Source: an uncultured Acidobacteriota bacterium | Lineage (GTDB): Bacteria > Acidobacteriota > Thermoanaerobaculia > Multivoradales > JAHEKO01 | Length of the DNA stretch: 64,000 nt | NCBI GenBank assembly: GCA_963713825.1 | Contig: CAVQNG010000003.1 | Location: forward strand, 320,001 to 384,000 | Direction of reading: 5' to 3' | Part shown: positions 1-10,352 of the stretch, piece after piece | Layout: each line of letters opens with the position of its first letter | Position numbering within the stretch: position 1 is the stretch's first letter | Program-made: the position numbers and the translations under genes | The notes under the pieces: generated by a model | Seen by the model: the letters and a program-made list of their open reading frames with translations, nothing else | Databases searched by the model: none | Told to the model about the DNA's origin: nothing

Positions 1-1
1 T

Positions 2-94
2 GCGCTGGCGGAAGCTCTCCACGCTACCCTTCTGACTAGCGACCAGCGTATAGCCTCGGCTCCAGGGATTCAGGCGGCCGTCGAACTAGTCTGA
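2..94 (+). CDS. vapC: C-terminal fragment of a PIN-domain (VapC-like) toxin, truncated by the window edge
   Basis: My translation from base 2 is ALAEALHATLLTSDQRIASAPGIQAAVELV*, matching the typical VapC C-terminus (ALAEAL..LLT.D.RLA.APG). Not in the ORF track. Confidence 0.65.
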   Translation, partial: ALAEALHATLLTSDQRIASAPGIQAAVELV

Positions 95-154
95 GGTTGC
101 CGACTGCGGAATCGAGTGATCGAAGGCCTGCCGGTGTGAGCTACACCATGCTGG

Positions 155-2554
155 CTAGGGTGGGAAGTTCATTCTCTGGAGCAGGTCGGCCAAGCGGGGA
201 TCATCACGGAGAGGATCGTACATCGGGTCGACTTTGAGCCAGACGAGGAAATAGTCGCGCTCCTCGTAGGCCCTGTCGAGCCACTCGAAGGCGGCGTCTG
301 ACTCACCGAGTGCGGCATAGATCGAAGCGATCATCGTGCCAGGCACATAGCGGTCCTGGCGCCGCTCGAGAAGGAAGTCGAGCACCTCGCGGGCTTCGAC
401 GGTATGACCTGCCTGCGCGTGGGCCACGCCGACCATGGGGTTCTTACCCGGATTTCCCACCTGTCTCGACAGTAGTGTCTCCAAGGCGCCGTCGAAATCA
501 CCCATAGCCATTTTCGCCTTCGCGTGAACCCACTTGGCGAAGACCGAATCTGGGGAAACTTCGAGATTCAGCTCGGCCTGGGCCAGAGCTTCAGAGTCGC
601 GGCGAGCGGCGACAAGAAACATCACCCGGCGGCCCCCGATCCAATCGTTCAACGGGTCGAGATCGAAGGCCCGCCGCGAATGCTCGACCGCTTCCTCGTG
701 TCGCCCCATTACCGAGAGCAGACCGGCATAAGCGTCGAGGACAGTGGCATCGCCGGGAGCATGCTGGAGCAGGAATTCAAACTCCTCCTCGGCACCTGCC
801 CAGTCGAAGTCGCAGGCGGAGAGCAGCCAGGCTTTGATGAGGTGGGCCTCGGTCGAGGCCGGGTCGAGCTCGAGTGCAGTCTCCACCTCGCTGCGAGCAG
901 GCTCGCAAACTTCTTCACCGGGCTTGAAGCCCGTGCCCGCGAGGTGATAAAGCATCTGGCCTCGCAATGCGTGTGCGAGAGCGAAGTCAGGCTCCAGCTC
1001 GACAGCTTGATCGATCAGGTCGCGAATCCTGTCCTGCTCATCGCGCTGCGATGATCCTCGTCGATTCAGATCTATCGCCTGGAGCACGAGGCGGTGGGCT
1101 TCGGGATCGATTTCGCGGTTGGTGGCGAGCGCCCTCTCTTCCTCAGGGCTCACCGCGATCTGGATCTCGCTCGCGATGCCTCGCGCGACTTCACTCTGCA
1201 GGCTCAGAACATCTCGAGCCTCGCGAGTGTAGCTCTCGGCCCACAGATGGCTGTCGCTGGCGCCGTCGATGAGCTGCACCGTGATGCGGATCTTGTCAGC
1301 GTCTTGCATCACCGATCCTGCGACGATTCCTCGAACACCCAGGGCCCGAGCGATCTCCGGCAGTGGCTGTTGGGCTCCTTTGTACTGCATCACCGAAGTG
1401 CGGGAGATGACCTTGAGCTCTCGCAGCTTGGCGAGCTCGGCGATCAGCGCCTCGGTCATGCCATCGGCGAAGTACTCCTGCTCCGGGTCGCCCGAGAGAT
1501 TGGAGAGCGGCAGCACGGCCAGTGAGTCGATCCGCCCATCGTCCTCTTCCGCACCACCGCGAGGCAGGACTCCGAACACCCAGATACCCGCAATCACCAG
1601 GACCATAAGTAGCGCTGCACTAAGTAGGGCCACCCTGCCCCAGTGACGGCGCTCTTGCTGAGGTTGAAGGCGGACACCAGAGCCCGAGGTGGAAGCCCGC
1701 GAGGATTCGCGAGCGGACTCCAGATCGAACGCCAGATCCCGGGTCGATTGGAATCGATCCTCCGGCTGCTTCTCCAGGCAGTGACGCAGGATCCTCTCCA
1801 CCTGTGGGTCGATCGAGACGCCGGAGTCGACCAACTCGGGCGGCTCCTCCTGAAGGGTCGCGCTCATGGTCTCGACCGCCGAATTGCGCTGGAAGGCCTG
1901 TTTCCCCGAGAGCATCTCGTAGAGCACGCAACCGAAGGCGAACAAGTCGGTTCGGGCGTCGGCCGGCTCACCCCGCAATTGCTCGGGTGCCATGTAACCG
2001 AAAGTGCCGAGCAGAACACCGTCCGCGGTCTCGGCCGCCATCGTGCTCGCTGCGGTCGAGATTCCCTCGAGCGGCCCTTTGAGCTTGGCCAGACCGAAAT
2101 CGAGGATCTTGACGACTCCGTCACGTGTCAGGAACAGATTCGCCGGCTTGAGGTCACGGTGCACGAGATCACGTTCGTGGGCTGCAGCCAGACCGCGAGC
2201 TATCTGGGTCGCGATCTCGAGCGCCTTGCTTGCCTGAGTTGGACCGCGATCGAGCACTTCACGCAGGGACTCTCCTTCGAGCAGCTCGGTGACCAGGTAG
2301 GGCCGGCCCTGCTCCGACCCGACATCGTGAATGGTGAGGATGTTGGGGTGGTTGAGCGCTGAAGCCGCCCGCGCCTCACGCTCGAAGCGAGCCAGACGCT
2401 CGGGATCCTCAGAAGCACCGCTGAGCAGCACCTTGATAGCCACCTCCCTGCCGAGTCGTGGATCCCTCGCCTTATAGACCTCTCCCATGCCACCCCTTCC
2501 AATCAGGGCGACAATCTCGTAGGGGCCTAGATGGGTCCCGCTGGGAATCGTCAT
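155..2554 (-). CDS. Ser/Thr protein kinase with TM helix, TolB-like domain and TPR repeats
   Basis: GRGGMGEVY, VAIKVL, HRDLKPAN, DFGLAK and GTFGYMAPE kinase motifs; SLAVLPLSNLSGDPEQEYFADGMTE TolB-like motif; TPR C-terminus. Confidence 0.95.
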   Translation of the reverse strand: MTIPSGTHLGPYEIVALIGRGGMGEVYKARDPRLGREVAIKVLLSGASEDPERLARFEREARAASALNHPNILTIHDVGSEQGRPYLVTELLEGESLREVLDRGPTQASKALEIATQIARGLAAAHERDLVHRDLKPANLFLTRDGVVKILDFGLAKLKGPLEGISTAASTMAAETADGVLLGTFGYMAPEQLRGEPADARTDLFAFGCVLYEMLSGKQAFQRNSAVETMSATLQEEPPELVDSGVSIDPQVERILRHCLEKQPEDRFQSTRDLAFDLESARESSRASTSGSGVRLQPQQERRHWGRVALLSAALLMVLVIAGIWVFGVLPRGGAEEDDGRIDSLAVLPLSNLSGDPEQEYFADGMTEALIAELAKLRELKVISRTSVMQYKGAQQPLPEIARALGVRGIVAGSVMQDADKIRITVQLIDGASDSHLWAESYTREARDVLSLQSEVARGIASEIQIAVSPEEERALATNREIDPEAHRLVLQAIDLNRRGSSQRDEQDRIRDLIDQAVELEPDFALAHALRGQMLYHLAGTGFKPGEEVCEPARSEVETALELDPASTEAHLIKAWLLSACDFDWAGAEEEFEFLLQHAPGDATVLDAYAGLLSVMGRHEEAVEHSRRAFDLDPLNDWIGGRRVMFLVAARRDSEALAQAELNLEVSPDSVFAKWVHAKAKMAMGDFDGALETLLSRQVGNPGKNPMVGVAHAQAGHTVEAREVLDFLLERRQDRYVPGTMIASIYAALGESDAAFEWLDRAYEERDYFLVWLKVDPMYDPLRDDPRLADLLQRMNFPP

Positions 2555-2566
2555 GTCAGGGCAGCT

Positions 2567-2660
2567 CCGATTCTACGCGCGAAGGAGCACCGTTCAAAGA
2601 TGGCATCAGCCCCTCTGTCACTCGGTCTGCAGCCAAGTGGCGTGCGAACTGTAGAATCGG
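2567..2660. promoter_or_regulatory. Divergent promoter region with two mirror-image TAGAAT -10-like boxes
   Basis: CCGATTCTAC (2567-2576) and GTAGAATCGG (2651-2660) form a perfect 10-bp inverted repeat; each places TAGAAT upstream of one of the divergent genes. Confidence 0.5.
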
Positions 2661-2693
2661 CGGACATTCAGAATAACTCCAAGGAGCGTCTGC

Positions 2694-4067
2694 ATGACCG
2701 ATTTCAGGATCGAAGAGCTTAGAGAAGCAGTGAGTGGTGAGGTCGTCAGCCCTGGAGACGAGGGGTACGACGAGGCTCGCAGCGTCTGGAACGTGCGGTT
2801 CGATCGCCGACCCAAGGTCATCGTTCGATGTCGTGAAGCCGCCGACGTTCAAGCCGCTGTCAGATTCGCCCGGCAGGAGGATCTCGAGATCTCTGTCAAG
2901 GGGGGTGGCCATGCCTACGCTGCCAACACCGTCGGCGAGGGCGGCCTTCTGATCGACCTCTCCGCGATGAGGCAAATCACTGTCGATGCCGAGGCGAAGA
3001 CGGCGAAAGTGGGCGCCGGTGTGAAGTGGGGAGAGTTTCACGTCGCGACCGAGGAGCACGGTCTGGCGCCGGTCGGTGGCACCGTTTCGACGGTGGGGGT
3101 AGCCGGCTTCACCCTCGGTGGTGGTAGCGGCTATCTCTCCCGCAAATACGGGATGGGCGTCGACAATCTCCTGTCCGCAGATGTCGTGACTGCAGATGGC
3201 GAGCTCGTGCACGCCAGCGAGAGCGAGAACCCGGACCTCTTCTGGGCTCTGCGCGGCGGTGGAGGCAACTTCGGCATCGTTACGACTTTCGAGTTCCAAC
3301 TGCACCAGGTCGGACCCGAAGTACTGACGGGGCAGGTCGTTTATCGCTTCGAGGATGCCGCGGCGGGGCTCCGCTTGTACCGCGAGTTCATGGACGAGGC
3401 TCCAGACGAAGTCGGCTGCTACGCCTTCATCCTGCGAATTCCGCCGATCCCGGAGTTCCCCGAAGAGTCCCATGGCCAGCTTGCCCTCGACCTGGTGGTG
3501 TTCCACCCCGATCCAACCGCCGAGGACGCCTTCCGACGACTGCTCGACTTCGGCGATCCCATCCTCGCGTTCACCATGCCCCAGGCGCTGACAGAGCTGC
3601 TGCAGGCTTTCGATGCCGGACTGCCTGCCGGTCAACGATACGAATCGGGGTCACACGACCTTCGCACTCTCTCCGACGAGGTGATCGACGCTTTCCTGGC
3701 ACAGATCGGCTCGATGCCCGGAGAGTTCACGATGGCCTACATCGGGGCAGGCGGGGGCGCCATCGCCCGTGTCGATCCGACGGCTACCGCCTTCCCGCAC
3801 CGCGACGCACCCTACGGCTACCACGTTCTGGCAGGTTGGATGGACCCCGCGCAGGATGCCGAGGTCACGGAATGGGTGTCGCAGTTCCAGCAGGCGATGA
3901 CGCCGTACGCAACCGGTGGTGTCTACGTGAACCTACTCGGTACTGGGGAACAGGACCGCGTTCCGGCAGCTTACGGCGCGAACTACGAGCGCCTCGTAGA
4001 GATCAAGAAGAAGTGGGATCCGAACAACGTCTTTCGGATGAACCACAACATCCAGCCGAGCGGTTGA
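2694..4067 (+). CDS. FAD-linked oxidoreductase (VAO/berberine-bridge family, 6-hydroxy-D-nicotine oxidase-like)
   Basis: SVKGGGH FAD-binding His motif, GFTLGGG, DLFWALRGGGGNFGIVT, C-terminal YVN...KKKWDPNNVF BBE domain; AAGGAG RBS. Confidence 0.92.
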   Translation: MTDFRIEELREAVSGEVVSPGDEGYDEARSVWNVRFDRRPKVIVRCREAADVQAAVRFARQEDLEISVKGGGHAYAANTVGEGGLLIDLSAMRQITVDAEAKTAKVGAGVKWGEFHVATEEHGLAPVGGTVSTVGVAGFTLGGGSGYLSRKYGMGVDNLLSADVVTADGELVHASESENPDLFWALRGGGGNFGIVTTFEFQLHQVGPEVLTGQVVYRFEDAAAGLRLYREFMDEAPDEVGCYAFILRIPPIPEFPEESHGQLALDLVVFHPDPTAEDAFRRLLDFGDPILAFTMPQALTELLQAFDAGLPAGQRYESGSHDLRTLSDEVIDAFLAQIGSMPGEFTMAYIGAGGGAIARVDPTATAFPHRDAPYGYHVLAGWMDPAQDAEVTEWVSQFQQAMTPYATGGVYVNLLGTGEQDRVPAAYGANYERLVEIKKKWDPNNVFRMNHNIQPSG

Positions 4068-4082
4068 AGGAAGTAGGTCTCT

Positions 4083-5792
4083 TTGGATCTCACCTTTATC
4101 GATCTCGCCGTCTTCGCGGTCTTCATGGCAACGGTCGTCGCCATCTCGCTCTACGCGGGTCGCCGCGAGGAGAGCACTGAAGACTACTTTCTGGCCGGCC
4201 GCTCTCTGGGATGGGGCCTGATCGGCTTTTCGCTCATCGCCTCGAACATCTCCACCGAGCATTTCGTCGGCATGGCGGGACAGGCGTTCGGACGCGTCGG
4301 GCTGGCCATTGCCAGCTACGAGTGGATGGCCGCCATCACTCTGGTCTTCGTGGCCTGGTGGCTGCTACCCAGATTTCTCAAGGCCGGCATCTACACGATG
4401 CCTGAGTATCTGGAGTACCGCTACGACAGTGCCGCTCGCACCACCATGGCTGTCTACATGATGGCCGCCTACGTAATCGTGTTCCTGGCGACAGTCTTGT
4501 TCTCTGGAGCCGTGGCGCTGAATGCCATCTTCGACATCACCGGCATGTTCGAGAACCGCTTCGGGATGGCGACGGCGGACGCCGAGGTCTGGGCCAATGT
4601 CACCGGCATCTGGCTGATTGGAATCGTTGCCGGCTGCTACACGATCTATGGCGGCTTGAAGGCCGTCGTCTGGTCGGATCTGCTGCAGGGAGGAGCCCTT
4701 CTCATCGGCGGTGCGATCGTCGCTTTTCTCGGTCTGAGGCTTTTGGGAGGAGGAAGCCTGCTCGCAGGTTGGAGCAGCTTCCAGCAAGCCAATGCAGACA
4801 AGCTCCATGTCGTGCTGCCGTGGAACGATCCAGACGTTCCCTGGTTGGCGGTCTTTGTCGGCGGCCTGTGGATTCCGAACATCTTCTACTGGGGCTTGAA
4901 TCAGTTCATCACGCAGCGCACGCTAGGTGCCAAGAGCCTGGCGGAAGGTCAGAAGGGGATCTTCTTCGCCGCCGGCCTGAAGTTGCTGATTCCCTTCATC
5001 ATTGTCATGCCGGGAATCATGGCGTTCCAGCTCTACGGTGACCAGATCGCCAACGGCGACAAGGCCTATCCCTACATGATCAACCAGCTCCTCCCCCCCT
5101 ATCTGCGAGGCGTGATGTTAGCGGCCCTTTGCGGTGCGGTCATGAGCTCCTTCAACTCGGGAATCAACTCCGCCTCGACGATCTTCACCATCGATCTGTA
5201 CAAGAAGTACTTCAAGAAGTCCGCATCGCCGAAGGACGAGGTCTTCGTGGGCCGCATCGCCACGGGAGTGATCGTCATCGTCGCCTGCCTTTGGGCGCCT
5301 GTGATATCGGGCTTCGAAGGGGTCTTCAACTACATTCAGGAGATCTGGGGATTCATCTCTCCCGGCATCGTCGCCGCCTTTCTGGTCGGCCTCGTACTGA
5401 AGATGGCACCCCCAATGGCCGCCAAGGGTGCCCTGTGGCTGGGAGTGCCTCTCTATGCGTTGTGTCGGGCTCCCAAGTGGATCATGGATGGCATCCACGA
5501 TTGGGATACCCGGTACCTGACGACCCTGGCGGACGGATCCACGAGGGTCGTTCCGCCGGAGGGTTTTTGGGGTGCCGCCTACGCCTTCAACTCGTGGTCC
5601 TTCCTGCACCACATGGGTCTGATCTTCTTGATTCTGGTCGCCTACATGGCGGTGATAACGAGACTCAACCCTTTGTCCGAGCCTCGCCAGATGCCCGTGT
5701 CGGGGATCGATGTTTCACCTCATCCGAGGCAATATCTGCTCGGAAGCATCGTGATCGTGATAACGATGATCCTCTATGTCGTGTTCTGGTAG
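4083..5792 (+). CDS. Sodium:solute symporter (SSS family, probably sugar)
   Basis: DYFLAGRSL, SNISTEHFVG, TMPEYLEYRY, YTIYGGLKAVVWSD, NQFITQR; many TM helices; TTG start. Confidence 0.93.
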   Translation: MDLTFIDLAVFAVFMATVVAISLYAGRREESTEDYFLAGRSLGWGLIGFSLIASNISTEHFVGMAGQAFGRVGLAIASYEWMAAITLVFVAWWLLPRFLKAGIYTMPEYLEYRYDSAARTTMAVYMMAAYVIVFLATVLFSGAVALNAIFDITGMFENRFGMATADAEVWANVTGIWLIGIVAGCYTIYGGLKAVVWSDLLQGGALLIGGAIVAFLGLRLLGGGSLLAGWSSFQQANADKLHVVLPWNDPDVPWLAVFVGGLWIPNIFYWGLNQFITQRTLGAKSLAEGQKGIFFAAGLKLLIPFIIVMPGIMAFQLYGDQIANGDKAYPYMINQLLPPYLRGVMLAALCGAVMSSFNSGINSASTIFTIDLYKKYFKKSASPKDEVFVGRIATGVIVIVACLWAPVISGFEGVFNYIQEIWGFISPGIVAAFLVGLVLKMAPPMAAKGALWLGVPLYALCRAPKWIMDGIHDWDTRYLTTLADGSTRVVPPEGFWGAAYAFNSWSFLHHMGLIFLILVAYMAVITRLNPLSEPRQMPVSGIDVSPHPRQYLLGSIVIVITMILYVVFW

Positions 5793-5806
5793 GCCTCGCT
5801 GAAGCT

Positions 5807-6670
5807 TCACATCTCTGCCAAGTAGGCCAGTAGATGCTGGTTGAACTCCTCAGGCCGCTCGAGCATCGGGTAGTGGCCGCAACCCTTCATCACGACCGCA
5901 TCGAAATCGGGTCTGAGCTCGCGGTTGCCCTCGAGATTCAGGGGAATGGTCTCACCCAGGATTGCCCGGATCGGCACCTCGGCACCAGTGAACTCCGCTA
6001 CCAGGTCGTAGTCCAGGAACCCCTCGACGACACGCGGCGCGACCTCTGGATCGAAGCCGCACATCTGGTCCTCGACCCAGGCGTAGAGCACGGGGTCTGT
6101 GCCCTCGAGTAGCAGCTGCTTCACCATGGCATCGCAGGTCGCCGGAAAGTCATCTCTCAGGGCTTGAACATAGGCTTGGCGTGCCGCCTCTTTCCACTCC
6201 TTCTGGACATCTTGGAAAGTGTCTACGGCGATGATTCCTTGGACGATTCCCGGCAGCTTCTTGGCCGCGGCGAGCGCCACGGGTCCACCGAGCGAGTTGC
6301 CGACAAGAACCACAGAATCGAGATCGAGCGCCTTGACAACCGAGCTGACGTCCTCTCCATACAAGTCCATGGTCCACTCACGGTACCGCTTGCCCGAGGA
6401 GCCGTGCCCGGCGAGATCGAGAGTGACCACCTGGAAGCGATCGGACAGGGGCTCGATCTGCTCCTTCCAAAAGCTCTGGTCGGCAAAGCCGCCGTGGATG
6501 AAGACGAGTGCCGGTGCGCCTGTCCCAGTGGAGGTGTAGGCGATTCGAATCCCATCGGCGGAGCCGATCGCAGCCGTCGTGGTGATCGAAGCAATGGTCG
6601 TAGCGCCCTGAGCGTAGGCCGACGCCGCAGAGCCAAGAACCAGGAGCACAACGAGAAGCGATCTGTGCAT
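5807..6670 (-). CDS. Secreted alpha/beta hydrolase
   Basis: Signal peptide MHRSLLVVLL..AYA, FIHGG, DLAGHG, GNSLGG nucleophile elbow, GHYPMLE; start chosen at ATG 6670 after GGGGAG. Confidence 0.88.
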   Translation of the reverse strand: MHRSLLVVLLVLGSAASAYAQGATTIASITTTAAIGSADGIRIAYTSTGTGAPALVFIHGGFADQSFWKEQIEPLSDRFQVVTLDLAGHGSSGKRYREWTMDLYGEDVSSVVKALDLDSVVLVGNSLGGPVALAAAKKLPGIVQGIIAVDTFQDVQKEWKEAARQAYVQALRDDFPATCDAMVKQLLLEGTDPVLYAWVEDQMCGFDPEVAPRVVEGFLDYDLVAEFTGAEVPIRAILGETIPLNLEGNRELRPDFDAVVMKGCGHYPMLERPEEFNQHLLAYLAEM

Positions 6671-6683
6671 TGTTTCTCCCCTT

Positions 6684-7976
6684 TCAATCGGCACTGGGTC
6701 GTGCGAGGTACCGAACCGACCAGTAGGAGCCGGCTCCGAGACCGATTAACAAAACCAGCCCACGCACCAAGGCCCCGACGAACGGCACCGTGCTGAACAA
6801 CGCGAGCAAGGCCAGGCCCGCCAGCAGGCTCAGGTAGCGGCTCTTCTCCACCGTCCCGCCTCGCGTCATCAGGAATCGGCCACCAGCCAGAGAGACGATC
6901 ACCGGAGCCAGAAAAGCAACGGCGATCCAGAGCTTCACGGCCAGCAGAATCTCGAGTAGCAGACCCAGAATGACGACCAGGGCAGCCATCCTGCCCAGGG
7001 TCATGAAGCCGAAGATCATGGTCAGAACGAGGGTTGCCACGAGGACCACGACCATCGCTACCAAAAATCCGATGAGAGTGACAACTCCCCAACCAAGGCT
7101 CGCCACTGGACGATCTCTCACAGTGGTCGCAGCGCCGTTCACCTTGTCGGGCACCAACCAGAGCAAGAGTGCTCCGAACAGGAACAGCGCCACGAACCAA
7201 CGGAGGACTTTGGCGAGTCGCTGCCCCGGTCGGACCTCCGGTACCGCGGCGACTTTCGTCACCGCGTGATCGGTCTCCCCTGTGACAATGGCACCATCCG
7301 CGATCTGCGCTGCGGCCTTCGATTTGTACGTGAGATCCCCTCCTACTCGCGCACCCGATCCCACGGTCAGCCCTGGATCTACGGTCGGGAGCGGCACCGG
7401 AGACTGCATGAACTGGGTCCACCACGCTGGCCCGGCTTCACTCTCGACCGCGGCCTCGACGTTGCCGGCAACCCGCCCGTCGATTCTGAGACCGACCAAC
7501 GCACCCACGAGGTCCTCCTGGTGCTCACCGGCAACGAGTGCCTGGTATCCGGTCAAACTCGTCCTCCCCGCGACCTGACTACCACTGGAGCTCTCGAAAC
7601 TGAAACCCGCGGCGAACAGGTCGTCACCGACTCTGGCTGCCTCCCCCAACTTCAAGGTCATCCCGGCAATGCGCACGTCGTCACGGACCTCGCCATCGAT
7701 CACCACCGCCCGACCGGCGGCCATGACGTCCCCCTCGACGACGCCCTCGATTCTTATAACCTTGCCCGAGGCCACGACATCGCCCTTCACAGTGCCCTTG
7801 ATGGTCATGATCTCGCCCGTCATGTAGAGATCGTCGTCAATGACCTCGTCCTCGGCAACTGTCACCTCTTTACCGGTCTTGAACTCTGCCGCCCCAGCCG
7901 GCACGCTCACTAGCAGGATCGCCATCCATCCGACGATCCAGATCACCTGCTCTGAGAACCGTTTTTCAACGCACAC
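6684..7976 (-). CDS. Bactofilin-like (polymer-forming cytoskeletal) beta-helix repeat protein with C-terminal multi-TM domain
   Basis: Signal peptide, repeats such as IKGTVKGDVVASG, IEGVVEGDVMAAG and IDGEVRDDVRIAG, then about 5 TM helices; GTG 7976 follows AGGAGG. Confidence 0.75.
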   Translation of the reverse strand: MCVEKRFSEQVIWIVGWMAILLVSVPAGAAEFKTGKEVTVAEDEVIDDDLYMTGEIMTIKGTVKGDVVASGKVIRIEGVVEGDVMAAGRAVVIDGEVRDDVRIAGMTLKLGEAARVGDDLFAAGFSFESSSGSQVAGRTSLTGYQALVAGEHQEDLVGALVGLRIDGRVAGNVEAAVESEAGPAWWTQFMQSPVPLPTVDPGLTVGSGARVGGDLTYKSKAAAQIADGAIVTGETDHAVTKVAAVPEVRPGQRLAKVLRWFVALFLFGALLLWLVPDKVNGAATTVRDRPVASLGWGVVTLIGFLVAMVVVLVATLVLTMIFGFMTLGRMAALVVILGLLLEILLAVKLWIAVAFLAPVIVSLAGGRFLMTRGGTVEKSRYLSLLAGLALLALFSTVPFVGALVRGLVLLIGLGAGSYWSVRYLARPSAD

Positions 7977-8066
7977 TGGGCTGCCTCCTTTTCTGCGGAT
8001 CCTACCCATCATACAAAGACACAGGCCGATCGCTGGTAGCGGCGGTGGCGGGGCGGCGAGTCGAGG

Positions 8067-8549
8067 CTAGTCGGACAATTCAGGGCGAAGCTCCCGCCGC
8101 AAGCGAATGTAGATCGCCTTGTCGACGCTCGCTACCTCGGCCCCCTCTTCGTCGGTAATCGCCACAGGAATGGAGAAGATGTGCTTGTCGCCGTCCGCCG
8201 ACATCTCGCGGATCGCCGTCAGCATCTCGTCGTCGATGGAGAAATGGGCCTTCACCTTGCCCCGGGCCTGGGCCAGGAACTGGATGTGGGTTGCGGAGTC
8301 GATGATCCGGTAGTCCGGCCCCAGGATCTGCATCAGCATCAGGCTCGGGAACGGATCCGTCATGGCCGCCAGGCTGCCACCGAAATGACCTCCGAACGCA
8401 TTGCGGTTGTAGAACCGGGAAGCCATTGTCACCACGACCTCCCGGAAATCATCGGAGACGTGCTCGACCCAGATGCCCGTACCCCATAGTGGTGGGTAGA
8501 GGCTCAAGGTCCACTTGAATCGGGTGGGGGTTTCGAGCAGCAACTTCAT
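8067..8549 (-). CDS. Hotdog-fold thioesterase-like protein (DUF4442/YiiD type)
   Basis: YPPLWGTGI, NRNAFGGHFGGSLAAMTDP motifs. Confidence 0.85.
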   Translation of the reverse strand: MKLLLETPTRFKWTLSLYPPLWGTGIWVEHVSDDFREVVVTMASRFYNRNAFGGHFGGSLAAMTDPFPSLMLMQILGPDYRIIDSATHIQFLAQARGKVKAHFSIDDEMLTAIREMSADGDKHIFSIPVAITDEEGAEVASVDKAIYIRLRRELRPELSD

Positions 8550-8694
8550 GTGTCGGCTACCTTCAGTCTCCTCTCGACCAAGCCAGTCTAACCCGATGGC
8601 ACCTACCTCGAGGCCTGGTGGCCGCATCGTCAACGGGAGACTCGTGGACTTCGATATCCAGGCAAAACCTGGCAGCCTGCCGACCCGGAAGGAA

Positions 8695-10254
8695 CTACAG
8701 TTGACCCTTGATGGGCAGGATCCGCATGAACGAGACGTTGAAACGGGTCCAGAAGCCGGTTTGGGGTTCCTTGGTCCAGATCTCTGGCTCTCCGTCGCGC
8801 TGGCCTGTCCAGATCAGCTTGCCCTTGTCGTTCCGCGATACCTCGTAGGTCGCCCGCGGAAGGGCTTCGTCGACCCAGTCGACCGCTGGTCCCGCCATTT
8901 CCGGCGAGTCGATGATCACTCCCAGCTCCGTGTTGAGGTTGGCAGACCGGGGATCGAAGTTGAAGGACCCCACGAACAGCTTCTGGCGATCGACGATGAA
9001 GGCCTTCGTATGGAGTGATCCTTCCGCGGAAGCCGTGCCGACCTTCTCCGTCCCCCTGACCGCCTCGTCCGGTCGAACCTCGTAGAGCTCCACGCCCATC
9101 TTCAGCAGTGGCTTGCGGGAGGGTGCGTACCCCGTGTGCACGATGCTGTGATTCGTCGAAGCGAGTGAGTTCGTAATCACCCTGATCCGGAGCCCGTCGT
9201 CCCTGAGTTTCTGAAAGCCCTCGACGCCCGATTTACGAGGCACGAAGTACGGGCTCACGAACAACAGCTGTTCCTTCGCGCTGAGAATGGCGTCCCTCAA
9301 CGGATCGACGATCGACTCCGCTTCCTCGGCCGTCGAGCTCCGAGACTTGTCCGGCGAATCGTAGACCACCTCGTACGGCGCCCAGGTATACACGCTTGCG
9401 TCGGACTCGATCCAATGCTGGATGTCCTCTCGCACCACATCCGCGTATCGAGTCGAGACGATCTCCTCGCGTGATTGCGCAATCCGCTCTCGCAGTCTCT
9501 CCAGTTCCTTCTCCGGATCTTCAGGCATCTTGGCGAACGCAGGGACCGGTAGCGAAGACCGATGATTCCAGTAGGTGTCGAACATGTCTGACACATCGTC
9601 GACCACCGGGCCGATCCCCAGAACGTCCAGATCACCGAAATTCACATCTTCGCGGGCGCCGAAGTACTCATCGGCGATATTGCGGCCGCCGATGATCGTC
9701 ACCTGGTTGTCGACCGTGAAGGACTTGTTGTGCATGCGGCGATTGATGCGCTTGAAACTCGTGACGCCGTCACCCACTCTGCTCGATCGGCCTGCAAAGG
9801 GATTGAAGATCCGCACCTCGAAATTGGGATGCGAATCGAGGGCCGCCATGCCAGCGTCATAGCCTTGGGTCTGAATATCGTCGAGCAGAAGGCGTACCCG
9901 AACGCCCCGATCGGCGGCCTGCAAGAGCGACCCGAGGAACAGGTATCCGATCTGGTCATTGGTGATCAGGTAGTACTGGGCGTCCAGGCTGCGCTCCGCT
10001 CGATTTGCCAACAGCAGCCGAGTCGAGAGTGCATCGATGGGATCGCCCAACAGGTAGAAGCCGGCTGTGCCCGGATGCTCCTCTTCCGGCTTGGCTATCT
10101 GCCTGCCCAGATGGGTGTCCGCCGTGTCCTCCAAGGCCGTTGTCTGAGTCTTGGGATAGTCGAAGTCGACGCTTGCACAGCCGCTGGCAAGAACCACCAC
10201 GAGCACCAACACGAGCATCGGGGACCTACGATCTGAATGAAGCTGTCTCGACAT
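8695..10254 (-). CDS. clsC: Phospholipase D family, cardiolipin synthase ClsC/YmdC-like lipoprotein
   Basis: Two HKD motifs (RMHNKSFTVD, SLHTKAFIVD), GGRNIADEYF, GSFNFDPRS; lipobox LASGC. Confidence 0.88.
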   Translation of the reverse strand: MSRQLHSDRRSPMLVLVLVVVLASGCASVDFDYPKTQTTALEDTADTHLGRQIAKPEEEHPGTAGFYLLGDPIDALSTRLLLANRAERSLDAQYYLITNDQIGYLFLGSLLQAADRGVRVRLLLDDIQTQGYDAGMAALDSHPNFEVRIFNPFAGRSSRVGDGVTSFKRINRRMHNKSFTVDNQVTIIGGRNIADEYFGAREDVNFGDLDVLGIGPVVDDVSDMFDTYWNHRSSLPVPAFAKMPEDPEKELERLRERIAQSREEIVSTRYADVVREDIQHWIESDASVYTWAPYEVVYDSPDKSRSSTAEEAESIVDPLRDAILSAKEQLLFVSPYFVPRKSGVEGFQKLRDDGLRIRVITNSLASTNHSIVHTGYAPSRKPLLKMGVELYEVRPDEAVRGTEKVGTASAEGSLHTKAFIVDRQKLFVGSFNFDPRSANLNTELGVIIDSPEMAGPAVDWVDEALPRATYEVSRNDKGKLIWTGQRDGEPEIWTKEPQTGFWTRFNVSFMRILPIKGQL

Positions 10255-10352
10255 CGCGTGCTCGACCCTCACTGAGCTGCTGGTTCTGTTCTTCGAAGAT
10301 CTGCTGACCGCTAGACAACGACTTTCGGTGTCAGCGGTACCCACCTGGAAGC

